DNA of 64,000 bases from Camelus ferus (taxonomy: Eukaryota). The stretch covers positions 92,258,001 to 92,322,000 of the forward strand of contig NC_045696.1 of assembly GCF_009834535.1 (NCBI RefSeq). Reading direction: 5' to 3'. The translations under genes and the position numbers were made by a program. The notes under the pieces are model-generated. The model was not told the origin of the DNA and searched no databases. It was given only the letters and a program-made list of their open reading frames with translations. This document shows, piece after piece, positions 25,946 through 38,559 of this stretch. Position 1 is the first letter of the stretch, and each line of letters begins with the position of its first letter.

Positions 25946-26789
25946 TATGATGTAGGGGAAGGGGTGGTAAGGGACTTTATTCAGCAATGAATAAGGCCAA
26001 GGCACTTTTCATTTTGCTTGGAGAGATCGACAAGAAATAAATAATCAGATAAATAAACCACATATTTAAAATCATGATGCAGTGAAGTGGGTGGGGTAGG
26101 AGCGTAGCTGGGGAGAGGCCACTTCAGGCTGGTGGATGGGAAGTCCTCTCTCAGGAAGTGAATGCGAGCAGTGCCCCAAGGAGAACTTGTGTTGGATAGC
26201 AAGAACACTGCAGTCCTTTTCTCTAAACTGGTTGATTTATTCCTTATGACAATGGTGGACACAGCCTTCAATTACAAAACACCTATTGACAAGGTATTTT
26301 TATTTCTGGAGATCACGAAGATTCTCCCCTTAATAGGAGAATCTTAATGGGTCCACGAGTTATCAGGTATCTGCAAACTACTGAGGCTGAGATATTAGTT
26401 AATAATTATCTTTGCGGAGCTGTTAGATCTTATCTTTGGTGATTCTGTTAGAATTATCTTTAAATGTAGCTTCTTTCCCCTGCCCCCCACCATAGATGTT
26501 AGGGTGCACCTGGAATCCTTGTTCTTGGCCAGGAATTCCTCCTCCAGCATTTTGTACAAATGTTTAACCCAAGCCTAGCAATTTCATAGACAGCTACTCA
26601 GGAGAGATGAGTAAATGGAGCACTTTCCTCACATTAGGAGTGTTCTTTTAGCTCTAATAAAGCAGCACAATGTGTTCCCAAAGAACCTCGCTTTTCTCGG
26701 TTCTGCTAAATTTTCTGAAACTCCAAAGCAAAGAAATCCTAAGACAGAAGAAGAAAAGTTCTACCAACAGGCCAGGAGAGCAAGTGAAG

Positions 26790-26990
26790 ACAGCACTGAC
26801 TTGAGTGCCCCATACCACATTAGGGACTTACCATATCAAGTTTAAGTTAATCTTTGAGCCAGATGTGATTACTCTTATTTTATAGATAAGGAACAGGTTC
26901 AGAGAGGCAATGATTAAGCAACTTGCCCAAGACCACAGCAGTAGAAGACTACAGGACTCGGATTTCAATCTGGGTATTCAAAAATTCTAG
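26790..26990 (-). mobile_element. MIR
   Basis: 'tattttatagataaggaacaggttcagagagg...aagcaacttgcccaagaccacagc'. Confidence 0.75.
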
Positions 26991-27809
26991 CCAAATTCCA
27001 GCAGCTATTTCTTGCCACTCTACCAGACTGCCTTCCTGACCTCCAGAGACTGCTGTCTCAGGATGACTATCCTCACTTTCTGTTTTTCTTAAGAACAAGT
27101 GAAAATATCCTCTCTTCAAAGCAGAGGATACCCCTCCTGCCATGAGTATCAGAGACAAAATCACAGATCTAAATCAGAGGTCTGACCTAATGATATTCTC
27201 CAGCTTTAGACATTTACAGATTGCTCTTGTTCTGAAAAAGCTTGCAACTGGGAAGTGTGGGGAAAGCATTTTTAATCACTGTAGGGAGAGTCAACAGAAA
27301 AAAATGGGGTTTCTTAGCTGTTAAGGGAAAGAGTTCAAGACCCCCGCCATTGTTTTAAAGAGTCCAAACTAATCAAATATGCCTTTGATTTAAAATCTTT
27401 CATTTTTTTGGACATGTTGACCTAAAAGAACCATGAGTATGCTGCCTTAAAAAAATCTGTAGAGTTGCTTTTTTTTTTTTTTAAGTCAAGGAATGCTTAG
27501 ACTACTAAAAATTAGCCTCTTCTGTATATAACTGACGGCCCAGCATTCCTGCCTTTCCATTCCTGTACACCTGCAAATTCTAACACTGGTCTAGACCCCA
27601 GTCCTGTTGTGACCACAGCCACACTGCCAGCGACAGCCCCTACCAGAGACTTCTGATCTCAGCTAGAGCTGCTTTCACAGGTTTGAAGAAAGCCCTTTCG
27701 TTTCTAGGCAGAAGCAATATGCAAGTGTCCAGTTCTACATTGTGTTATTATTACTGTTATCTTTGCCTAAATTCCATCTGGCAAGGGGCCAAGTAGTCTG
27801 TCCCAAATC

Positions 27810-28020
27810 GGGTATGTCTGTGTAGAGCACTTTTCTATAAATATTCTTAGCTTTGCAGGCCACATCGTCTCTGTTGCAACTATTCAACTCTGCCTCTGTG
27901 GTATGAATGCACCCACAGACAGTATGTAAATGAATGGGTGTGGCCACATTCCAATACAACTTTATTTACAGAACAGACAGCGGGCTGGATTTGGACCGTG
28001 GCTGTAGTTTGGTAAACCCT
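27810..28020 (+). mobile_element. MER58A (hAT-Charlie)
   Basis: 'ttagctttgcaggccacatcgtctctgttgcaactattcaactctgcc...aaatgaatgggtgtggc...ttccaatacaactttatttaca...gctggatttgg...tagtttg'. Confidence 0.85.
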
Positions 28021-28049
28021 AGTAGAGAATAATTTCCCCATGCCCATCA

Positions 28050-28290
28050 ACAGGGGCGGCCTTCAGAGCAGCTGCATCAGGATTACCTGGGAAACTGTTA
28101 GAAATGCAAGTTATCCAAGTTTGGCATGTATCAAAATCACCTGGCAGGCTTGTTAGACAGAATGCTGGGCCCCCATCCAAGGATTTCTCATTTGGGAGGT
28201 CTCACTGGGGCCTCAGAATTTGTCTTTCTCACAAGTTTCTAGATGATACAGATGCTGCAGGTGAGGAACCACACTTTGAGAACCACTGCA
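28050..28290. mobile_element. MER5A/MER5B (hAT-Charlie) fragments
   Basis: 'attacctgggaaactgttagaaatgcaa', 'gggcctcagaatttgtctttctcacaagttt...ccacactttgagaaccactg'. Confidence 0.85.
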
Positions 28291-31200
28291 ATAAACAGAT
28301 GTCTTCCTGTACGTAGGATCTGGGAGGGAGGCACGCAGTCATAAGAATGTAGTGCTGGCAGGGGCTGTCGGGGCAGGAACAGCTAGGAGATTCAGACTTG
28401 CCTGCTCCTCTAATTGACTCTCTGATGGGGTGAGGGCAGGATGGCCAGGGAAGCTAAAGAGCCAAGGTCATGGCCAGGTGAGGAGCTTCTGGAGCTAGCA
28501 CTACCAGCAAGCACTGCAGAAAGAAAAGCTGAGAGACCGTTGGACTGTCCCCTTTTCCCGCAGCTATAACTGGCTGGGCTGATGGCACTTGCTAGCGTCC
28601 AGGCACAGGAGAAAACAGGGGAAATTTCTGAGCCAAGTGAGGAGTGTACAGGGGGAATTCACAAAGACCTAGCTCGCCCTGAGTGGCCTGCAACACAGCC
28701 ACGCCCGTTACTTCTCTATGGTATCGGGTCACATACCTTCAGACTTGTCGTTGTGGAACTGCAGGCTACGGTGAAACATCTGGGGGGCCACGGGAGGGAA
28801 CGTGCCAGAACATCCCCACCAGATCAGCCCCAGTCTCTGTATCTGCCAAGTGGAGCTGCGATTCTTTAATCTTTAAATGCCCCTGATGTGAGAGGACAGA
28901 TTTGTCAAAGTCAGAGTCTGGTGTACAAAGAGCATGGATACTAATCCCATGACCCTCGTTAAGGGATTTGCGGGCCAGCTGGTAAGCAGATGCTGGAGGT
29001 GATGGGGCTTGCAAGCGGAGCTGCCCACAGAATCTGAGATATCTTGGGATTCTGCTGGGAGGAATGTGGATGGGTATAATCGTTTCCATGGCTGCTTGCT
29101 CAAATGTCTAAGTAACTTATCCTGCACTGCAGGGATGCTGTCTTGACTAGGGTCCCCATCAGGACTGCCCAAGAGGGCAGACTGAAGAGAATCAGCTCAG
29201 ACTCACAAAGAGTTGGGAACCATGGTGTTGGACTATTATTAGGATATCTAAGGATATGGCCAGGATGTCCTGGCCATAAGGGCTCTTTGCTCTGTGAAAG
29301 GGTTCTCACAGCCACCACTCTGAACTTCTCTGCATCCTCCCAATTTCTAGGAACTCAGAACCCCATTCCACTAAAGACCTTGCTCAAATCTTATTTCAGA
29401 AGCAAACTTTTTTTTTAAATGGGATTAACTCCATATACAAGGTCCCACTGCCTCTGCTTTTTGCTGGCTTGCAGGGAGGGTTCTAGCACTGGTTACTATA
29501 ACTGCATTTCAGTCAGCAGTTACCAGGTGGCGGGGGTGCCTCCCTTGGGCTTCAGGACTGAATTGACTAGACTTCCCCAGGTACAGACAACCTTTTGATA
29601 ACAAATCACTTATGGCTTGTCTACAAAAACAAGACTCAGTATAAATAGCACTCAAAGGCTTTTAAAATTAACAAGTGGGACCAGAATTTAGAACAAGCTT
29701 TTAGAAAATATAATAACAGATTAGAGGTGAATCTTCTTCTTCACCATCTAATTTAGTCCTGACTTTTTCACTAAAAAAAACAAAAACAAACAAAAAAAAA
29801 AAAAACCTTTAACTTTTTTCCATCCATAATGCTTTGGGTTTTAAAAAAAAAAAAGTCTGTATCTTTCATACATCTCTAAGATTTTGCCTATTCACTCACT
29901 TCCTTTTTTAGGGTTCAGAGTGCTTGGTGTCTGAAATAGTGATTCACTCTAGTGGCTTCCAGATTTCCCCTGCTTCTTAAATATATTTATGCTGTTAATA
30001 GTACGTATTTTTCTTCCTAAATTGGTGAATTCAAATTTGTTCAGTAATGTTCCTTTTAATTTTTAAATGTATGAAAAGTGAGAAATTATCTTAAAAATCA
30101 TTATAACCTAACAATAGGAAGATGATTAAGGATTTTACATTACATCTATATGTTGGAATCTACGCAACCATCAAAAATGCCTTAAAATACTGGATGATGT
30201 AAAAACACCATAGACTGGATTAAAAGGTAGGCATCTACATTTTCAGCTGAGAACATGGAGCCACCTTGATCCCCCTGCATCTCTCTCTGCTTGCTCTTGG
30301 TCTCCCTTCCAACCCCAGTTTATCTTTAGGCTTGTCTCTCATCCTAGCTCTGTGCTCATTCCCTGGGATTTGATCACAATATTCATCCTCCCTGTCTTGG
30401 CCTCGAGCAATCCCTAGACTCATCCCCTGGCTTCTCCTGCCCTGGGCTGCTTCAGTACTCGCTCAGCTCCACCAGCTTTAGACTCCTGGGACCTCAGCCC
30501 TGCACCAGTCACCCACACGGCCAGCATCCTGACCCGATTAGAACCTTTCAATTTTAGTAAGAATTTGTAGTTTCACGAAGATCGTAGAGCAGCGTGCTGG
30601 CTCTCCTAATGAGAAAAAATCAAGCTCAGATCCCCCAAGGTCAGCAAAAGATGGAGGCTTGACATGGAGGGAAGCTGAGCTTTGTGGCCCTGAGTCCTGT
30701 TCTCCAAGATTCACCCTTCCTTTGGGAATCTCTTGCATGTGCTCTAAGAATGGGGATGGTCGTTCTCCATTGGTAAGAGAGTCTTAAAGGAACTGGGCTC
30801 AGTTTGGTAAAGGAGTTGATAGGCTCCTCACAAAGGTGAGGTGGCTTTAACCAATGCTCCATGTCTAATGGGTAAATTGGGTCCAATCTGACATGATATT
30901 GACAATGAAAGTTGAACCCTTTGAATTACCCATTGCTTGGAAGCTTGGAGGCAGTAGGAAGGGCCATATCACCTTGTTAGGTTTCTTAGCGTCCTAAAGA
31001 GGTGATAAAATCTTTAAGACTTTTTTTACAACCAGGAAAACAACTTTAAAAAATTCAAATCCAATCTGTAGAATAAAACAAATATATAAAATAGAAATTT
31101 CTCACTTGAATTTATAGATATGCTTAATTATCTAGTCATTATGGGGAAGGCATTTAATAAACTTCTGAAAGATTCTAACATTCTGAAAATTTTCAAGTAT

Positions 31201-33232
31201 TTACCTTGTTATTAAAATTATTATATAAATTAAACTTCATCTTCTGGTCTTATCTGAAGTAATATTCTGTAAAAATTTCCTTGGCTTTAATTTCTTTTTG
31301 CCTTCACTTCCCTCACATGAGGTAGCTATGCCATATTAGAATTTTTATCTGACTTTGAATTAATTTTTAAAACATGCGCTTTTGAAGAATGTATTAAAAT
31401 AATGTTTATTTTAGGCAATATCTATCTCTTCAACTGGAAAGTTTTCCTCTTCCCTTCAGTCAGATCCTCCTTTTGTCTAAAGGCAAAAGCAAATTTGTTC
31501 TTTCTCTGATAAGTTCCTCATTCTAGAGTCACAGACTTAAAGACCTGGAGGGCACTGGAGTCCATGTGGTCTGTGTGAATGACACGGCCTACTGGAGCCA
31601 GATGAGGCTCCCAGGTAGCTTCTTGCTCAGCCTTCCTGTCCCCGAGCTTCCCCTGGGCACACATTTTTCAAACATGAGTGTCTCCCTCAAAACCCAGGAC
31701 TTTCTAGAAAGCCATTAAGGAGGCTATTGGTACCTTGGCATTGACAGGAAAAGCCAAAGTCTTAGAAATTAAAGACGTGAAGGCAAGATTTACTTCCATA
31801 AATCTTATCAAGATTAAATTCATGAGGAAGCTGGTAAGGAGAAAAGCCCAGCCCAAACAGTTTCTGTTTTCCTCCCCGCCCCCCCCCCCCCCGCCCCGCC
31901 GCCCTGGGGCCAGCTTCTAGAAAGGTCAGGCGAATGGTATTTGTTGCACTTGACGCATGTTCCCATACCTTTTGGCCTCGCAGGGTCCCCTGCCCCTCAG
32001 GGGCTGTGCTCTCCTGCCGCCAGAATTAAACCTCCGCCATCAACCCATGCATGTGTACACCGCACAGCCCAGTCCACGGGGCATTCCAAAATAATAGACG
32101 TTTTCTGAGGAGGCCTGAACTTCATCTACAAGAAGAAAGGGTAGCGTATTGGGCGTGGTTGCTCCCGTGCCAGACGAGTACAAGAAGCCTGTCCTAACAT
32201 TTCACCCAAGGTCCTGCCTGGCCCCGTGCCTCTGGGCCTTCCCTGCCTCCAGAAATGTCTTCGCCTCCCTTCCTGCACTTCCACTCATTGTGTTTGACGT
32301 CCCACATTCTCATTCTCCCGAACTCTGTCTCCTGGAGGTGGATTTTTCCTGTGGCGCTCTTTCCCTTTGTACACTGTTCCAGGAGCAAGTTGTTTCCACA
32401 ACAGCCTCTGGTCTGGGACCCGGACCTTTGAGAATTAAAGGAGGGAAGAGGGCGATGAGGCTGGAGGTGATCTGACCTTTGCTTGCCTTTCTCGCTTTTC
32501 TGTCGGGCTGCAGAGTAGAAAGACATTTAGGCAAATAGCTCACATCTGAGGTATTTTCCTAAAGTTCAGTACAATCTCCTTAATCACTTCGTAATCCTTT
32601 GTAGAAGCCAGGAGTGGAGCAAATGCTGTAGCAGCTTTAACCATTCAGGGTCTCAGCCATTTCCCCAACAAGCTCCCCTCCGGTTCAACAAAGCATTCTT
32701 CATTACCTCTTTCAGCCTGACAGTCCGTGCATTGATTTAACTACAGAACCAAAGGCGTCTAACTGTGTAACTAATTCTCTTCAAGGAGGATACAGACCAG
32801 TCTCCAACATTTAATATTTTCTGAAGCACATCTACTCTGGGGCTCGTCTATCTTGAAAACAAACCAAGTACTAAACACCCTTCAAAAGACATCTTGTCTA
32901 GTTGTCAGAACAGGAAAAGTCACAGCGGCCCCGATGGTGACAGACTGTGGCATCCTTGCCAGCGTCTGGAAACCTGGATGCCGTCAAGTGGCAGAGCTGC
33001 GAGGTTCAAAACCGGCTCAGGGGCGAAAAACTCCATTGGAAACCACCCATCTCTGCAGTGGCCTATCAAGCTGGCACAGGAAGCAAGCTGAGAATGGTTT
33101 TTTTCTTTTTGGCTGGCATATTGAAATCTGTAAACCTCTTTCTGTAGCACAGAAGCTGTTGAGGGTTTATTTTTTCCTGACTTGAGCTAGAGCACATGGA
33201 AAGATCCTGAAATCTAACTTTGCCAACCATCA

Positions 33233-33305
33233 GAGCGGGGCGGGGGCGGGGTGGTGAGGTGTATCGGCCGAGAGACGTCATTAGGAAGAAACAACGTGGC
33301 CCCTG
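33233..33305. promoter_or_regulatory. GC-box cluster with CRE-like site; possible promoter or enhancer
   Basis: GCGGGGCGGGGGCGGGG (tandem Sp/KLF boxes), GACGTCA at ~33274, ACGTGG, and several CpGs. Confidence 0.4.
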
Positions 33306-33959
33306 AGTGACCAGCTGTCCCAGTTTGCCCAGAACTGAGGAGTTTTCTGGACATGGGGCTTTCAGTGCTAAAAATCAAGACAGTTCCAGGAACGCCAGGA
33401 TAGTGGTTCACCCTCAAAGTGGGTTGCGGTGACCCAAATTCTGGTGCTCAAGAGATTAGGCCTCAAACCTACAAAAGTGTTTCCAGGCAACAGAATTTTA
33501 AGGGACTCTCTTCACCTATAATAAAAACCCCTCAATGCAGATTATCCATCCATTCTAAAAATTCTAGCACCAGGAAATGAAATGGTGAAGGTAGGAATTC
33601 CACTTGCCAAGTCGGCCCTCGGCCCAGTGTTGAGCTGAGTCCTGGGGCTGTGTCCAGCCCTTCTCCCACCTGTAGCTGCTCCCCAAGAGCCCTGCTGTAC
33701 CCCCTGCCCTAGACACCCCCTCCACCAGTCTGGTCTCCCCCTGCTTCCCATTCTGCAGTGGAAACACCTCAGAAGGGCCTTACCAATCTGATGGCCAGTT
33801 AGCATCTTATCAATGCTGAATAGCTAAGCACTTGCTTCCAGAACCAAATAAAGTTTAGAAATGGAAGGCACCTGAAAGGTCCCCTAGCCAGGGGCTCTCG
33901 GAGACCCACCTGGGGTCAGGCTGGCCGTGTGAGAATCCCTCCTGGAGTCTGAGCCAGGT

Positions 33960-34310
33960 CATGTCGAGCTAACTGGCACGCTCCCCATCCCAGTGGCTTA
34001 TCACGACAAGGGTTATTTTTCACTCAGGCTCCAGGTGCATTGCATGTGGGCATGGTGCTCTGCTCCTGGTGGTCACCTGAGGACCCCAAAGTGGGTGATC
34101 CCAGTGCCAGAGGGAAAAGACATCCAGGGACTCTCTTACTCTGTCCATTCAGTGCCCAGTCAGGAGCAGACGCTGGCCCTCTCCACTCACAACTCAGTGG
34201 CCAGAACCAGTCACACAGCCTCACCCAACCACGAGGGCCCCAGGACGGCCACCTTGCCTGGTTCCCAGAAGTGAGCTGGACAGGAGCCAGCCAGTGACCA
34301 GCACTGACTA
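33960..34310 (-). mobile_element. MaLR LTR (MLT1K/J-like)
   Basis: 'cagtggcttatcacgacaagggttatttttcactca...tcagtggccagaaccagtcacacagcctcacccaacc'. Confidence 0.7.
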
Positions 34311-35149
34311 ACGAGCACCACAAACGCCTGTGCCACACAGGCACTGAATTCAGCTTCTGGAGCTTCTGATTCAGTGGATCAGAGTGGAATCTGGGAATCA
34401 AGGTAGAGTCAAAGCCTCTCCAGGATTCTGGAAGGGGCAGCCTGTCAGCAAGATACAAAGGAGGTGATCTCCTCAGGTAAAGAGTCAAATGAGGTCAGGT
34501 TTCTGGACTCTTGAGCGGGTGCTCCTTCAAGCCACACTGCTTCCTCAAAAGGGTTTGCATTTTATCTTTTTTTTTTTTTTCATCAGCTAAAGGAATAAAT
34601 CTTTAATGAAATATTGAGCATCTGTGTGAGGCTCAGGGTGCAGTGTTTTGGATCTCGGGGACTTCTTCATATGTTAGATGCATGGATGGGCCTTCCCAGT
34701 TTTAACAAGGCCCCATCTTTTCCAGAAGCACGAGGATATTGGGCTGAGCAGGGAAGGAACAAGGTAGAAGAGTGTGTTGGGTCCACTTCCCTGTGTGTCC
34801 TGCCAGCTGAAGCTGCCCCACCTCCTCTGACCAGGTCCTTTCCCCACTTTGTGTTTCCGGCCTGGCTGGTAATCACCTTCTCTCTGTCACTGTGCACTGA
34901 TTTAGTTAGATGAAACCTTCTGTATATGTCCCTAAAAACCTGGTAGGAAGCCTGCCACAAGCCTCTCCCTGCCCGTATGTCTCCTTGGAGGGCACTGCGT
35001 AAGAACACCAGCAGGTGAGCACCATGCTCCCCACTTTAGCAGTGAGTGAACTCACTTGTTCTCTCCACACGGGAGGCTCCACCTTTCCCTGCACGGTCCT
35101 GGCCCACCCCCTCATCTCCTCAGTACCACTGAAACCCCCTTAGTGTCAG

Positions 35150-36130
35150 CCACCAGCACTGTTCCCTAAAACTGCCACCTGCCGTGGCAGGTCTCAGGCT
35201 GTTCCCTCAGTCTAAAATACTCATCCCCCTTTTGCCAAAATTTCCATCCTTTAACTAACCAGCTTAGGAATCACCACCTCTCTGCAAAACTCTGCAAAGT
35301 TCCCTAGCCCCCAGACTTAGTATTAAATATTCCTTGCTCAAGATACATGCACCCCAATATTCATAGCAGCACTATTTACAATAGCCAAGACATGGAAGCA
35401 ACCCATGTGCCCATCAACAGATGACTGGCTTCAGAAGATGTGGGGTGTGAATATATATACACACACACAATGAAATAGTACTCAGCCACAGAAAAGAATG
35501 AAATCATGCCATCTGCAGCAACATGGATGGACCTAGAGATTATCATACTTAGTGAAGTAAGTCAGACAAAGACAAATACTGTATGATATTATGTATACAT
35601 GGAATCTTAAGAAGTAACAGAAATGAATCTATATACAAAACAGAAACAGACTCAGACACAGAAAACAAACTTGTGGTTGCCAAAGGGGAGAGGGAGTGCG
35701 GGAGGGATAAATTAGGAGTTTGGGGTTTACAGATATAAACTGCTATACGTAAAATAGCTAAGCAACAAGGATTTGCTGTGTAGCACAGGGAATTACACCC
35801 ATTATCTTGTGATAACCTATAATGGAATATAATCTGCCAAAAAACCAAATTGCTATGCTGTACACCTGAAACTAATACAATGTTGTAAATTAATTATGCT
35901 TCAATAAAAAATTTTTTTAAAAGTACTCCTTTATCTAGGGTCTAAAGGCTCTTTGTTTATGGCTTTCTTCTAAAATTGCTTTTTTTTTTTCCTGTTCCTT
36001 TTATAAGTTAATTTGGAGGCCAACGTCCCCCTCAGCAGACTGGTCCTCAAGGAGAGGGACCAGGTCTATTGTTCGTGTGTGCGTCTTTAGCGTAATTCTT
36101 GTACTGTTTAAGGTTGAAGGAAGGAGGAAA
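35150..36130 (+). mobile_element. LINE-2 3' part interrupted by a younger L1
   Basis: L2 text before ('gctgttccctcagtctaaaatactc...atcaccacctctc') and after ('agactggtcctcaaggagagggaccaggtct') the L1. Confidence 0.55.
35335..35920 (+). mobile_element. 5'-truncated LINE-1 3' end (artiodactyl/camelid type)
   Basis: 'agatacatgcaccccaatattcatagcagcactatttacaatagccaagacatggaagcaac' ... 'gctgtacacctgaaactaatacaatgttgtaaattaattatgcttcaataaaaa'. Degenerate TSD aaatattcctt / aagtactcctt. Confidence 0.92.
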
Positions 36131-36879
36131 GAAGGAAGGAAGGAAAGGGGAAAGTTATTTCATTGTTCTCCTAGAATCCAATCTCTCTGAGGCTATATTT
36201 CATTCATCTTTGAATTTGTATCTTATCCTCAGCCTCCCTCAATTAGCAATGATTTCTGATGGTAAGTGTGCTAGGATTTTTGTTTGTTTGTTTTGACCTG
36301 GAGACTGGGATCTAATCCTGCTTTTCTGTGATCTAATTGTGCAGTTTTGAGATCTTAGGCCTTAGTTTTCTTTCCTTTTCTTTCTTCTTCTTTTTTTTTT
36401 GTTTGTTTATGAAAATACATATTTGAAGTTGCTGGGGTTCAAGCTCTGGTGGTATTGGACGTATTAGTAGGTGTAGAAGGTATAAAATGCTTCCTTCTTT
36501 CCCCATTAGCTCTTTCAAGTTACCAAGTTCAAGTTCAGTTGTGGCAACTACCTCTTCCAGAATAGCATTAACTCTAAAAGTAGATACACATCTAAGTAAC
36601 GTACAGGCTTTCTCTTATTGTTCAGGTCAAGTCTTTTATAAATTATACCACTTCATGTTGAAATCAAACTGGTAAATGTTTTTGTTTGTAAAAACAACAA
36701 AGAAAGAATTACAGTTTGTGAAAACACTTCACTTTACATCAGTAGGCCTTAGTTGTCTTAAATCTAAATCTAAAGGATTCAAAATATTCTTCAGGGCTTC
36801 CCAGATGAATCCTCAGTATCAAAAGGAATGCATATCACTTCCAAAGATAAATACTGGCCACGTACAGAATACATGATTC

Positions 36880-37200
36880 ACAAACCAATAAACATATTCT
36901 GAACATCAGCTACCTGCCAGGCACTGTACTAGGTTCTAGGGATCCTAAAACCACCAGTCAAGGACCCCGGCCTCTAGGACTCTCCGCCCCCTCTGGGGAG
37001 ATGAGGTGAATGCACTGGAAGGGAAAGCAGTGAAACCGGACTCAACTTGAGTGGCGAATGAAGGATGCGGTTCAGAGGAGGGCGAGGGACCCCCAGAATA
37101 CGGATGGCCAGAGAAGGGTTCATGGAAGGGGCAGGGTTTAAACTGGCCCAGAAGGGCTGAAAGGAGATGGACAGGCTAACCCGAAGGAGTGGGTTTTCTG
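36880..37200 (-). mobile_element. LINE-2
   Basis: 'aacatattctgaacatcagctacctgccaggcactgtactaggttctagggat'. Confidence 0.7.
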
Positions 37201-38029
37201 GAGACATCTAAACATCCTTAGTTCAATGACCAAATTCAAGGGGCAAAATTCTGGGGTGAGCAAGGTCGGGGGCCTCCTCCCAACCTGGGCTGGAGGCAGG
37301 TGTCTGCCTTCTTTCCCTGTGGACTCAGAGGGAGCAGCAGCTCCTCAGAATAACGTCTCCTGTCCCCCACCTCTTTGTTCCAGGACCACGAGGTGCCCTA
37401 GTTGGCAGGCCCAAACACATGCAATCTCTACTTCTGGGCTCTGGGGCATTCAGATTCTGGAGAGCTTGGAACTTTTACTTCTGCCCCCGGGTCTGTTCCT
37501 CCAATTTGGTTCCAGCAAATCTGTTTTCCTCCTAATCAGCTTTGTTTGCTTTTTTAATTTCTGAAATGTGTTCCAAAGATAAAGCCTCCCTGCATGTCCA
37601 CATGCACATGAATCATCCTTGTTCAGAAGGGCAGGCAGGCTAACCCCCCTCACTCACCAGCACCTTCCATAGCACCTCCCTGGAGCCCTTCCCAGGAACA
37701 GTGACACTGATGGGGTCTCCTGCCAAGCAACACTGTTGGGACCAACCATCCCGGTCCGAAGAAGAGTTGAGGTAAGTTCTAAAAATAGGGAGACACACTG
37801 AGAATAAACCAGCTTTTCTCAGCACTTTGCACGCACTTAGCTTGTTCTTCTGGAATCTTTACTGAGCCTCCCCACCCCCCCCATAAGTAATGACCTTGAA
37901 AAGCTATTTTCCTGGATTGGCAAGGCTTGCGTTTTCTTGGCTTCTCTGTCTCTGTCTCTCTCATTACACCTACGGGCATTTCCACCTCTGCGTGGGACCT
38001 CTTTCCATCTCAGGATAGGCATTTCTTTC

Positions 38030-38540
38030 ATTCAGTGTCAAGTCACCTTGTCAACTTTCATCCCCCCTCACTTCTGAGGGAAGGGAAGGAGGGGCTCTGG
38101 GTGGGCAGGTGGAAGTGCTGGGATCCGTGGAGGCTGCTGCCAAACTTGCACAGCCCTGTCAAGCCAGGCCTCCTACCTCACACACTTCTGAGATCTCTGC
38201 CCCTCTCCCAGAATCGCTGGTTAGGAACAGGCATGTGATCTGATTTGGCCAATAAGAATTAGTTCTGATCATTCTTTTCAAATAAGAAGAGAAGGCCTCT
38301 TGATGGCCTCCATGCCTAAGAGTGAAGCCAAACAGAGGCATTCAGAGCTAAGGAAGGAAGGGAGACGAGGTCCTGATCCCCGTGATCCAGCTGCTCTGAA
38401 AACTAGATCCACCTTTAGACTTTTCAGTTATTGAGCCAATAACTCCCTCGTTTTTTTAAAGCAGGTTGCTTCATTCCACAAACCAGTGATTAATTTCTGT
38501 TTTCTTTGTTATCTGCAACTAAACAAGAATCCTAACCCTA
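38030..38540 (+). mobile_element. MaLR LTR (MLT1J-like)
   Basis: 'ggcatgtgatctgatttggccaataaga...gagtgaagccaaacagagg...gatccagctgctctgaa...gacttttcagttattgagccaataa...tgcaactaaacaagaatcctaac'. Confidence 0.75.
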
Positions 38541-38559
38541 TCTGGGGAAAAAAGTGTCC

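Noticed and set aside
28873..29172. 'SIPAVQDKLL' faintly resembling ERVL pol
   Set aside because: Only a few residues match and no flanking RT motifs are in frame or on the same strand.
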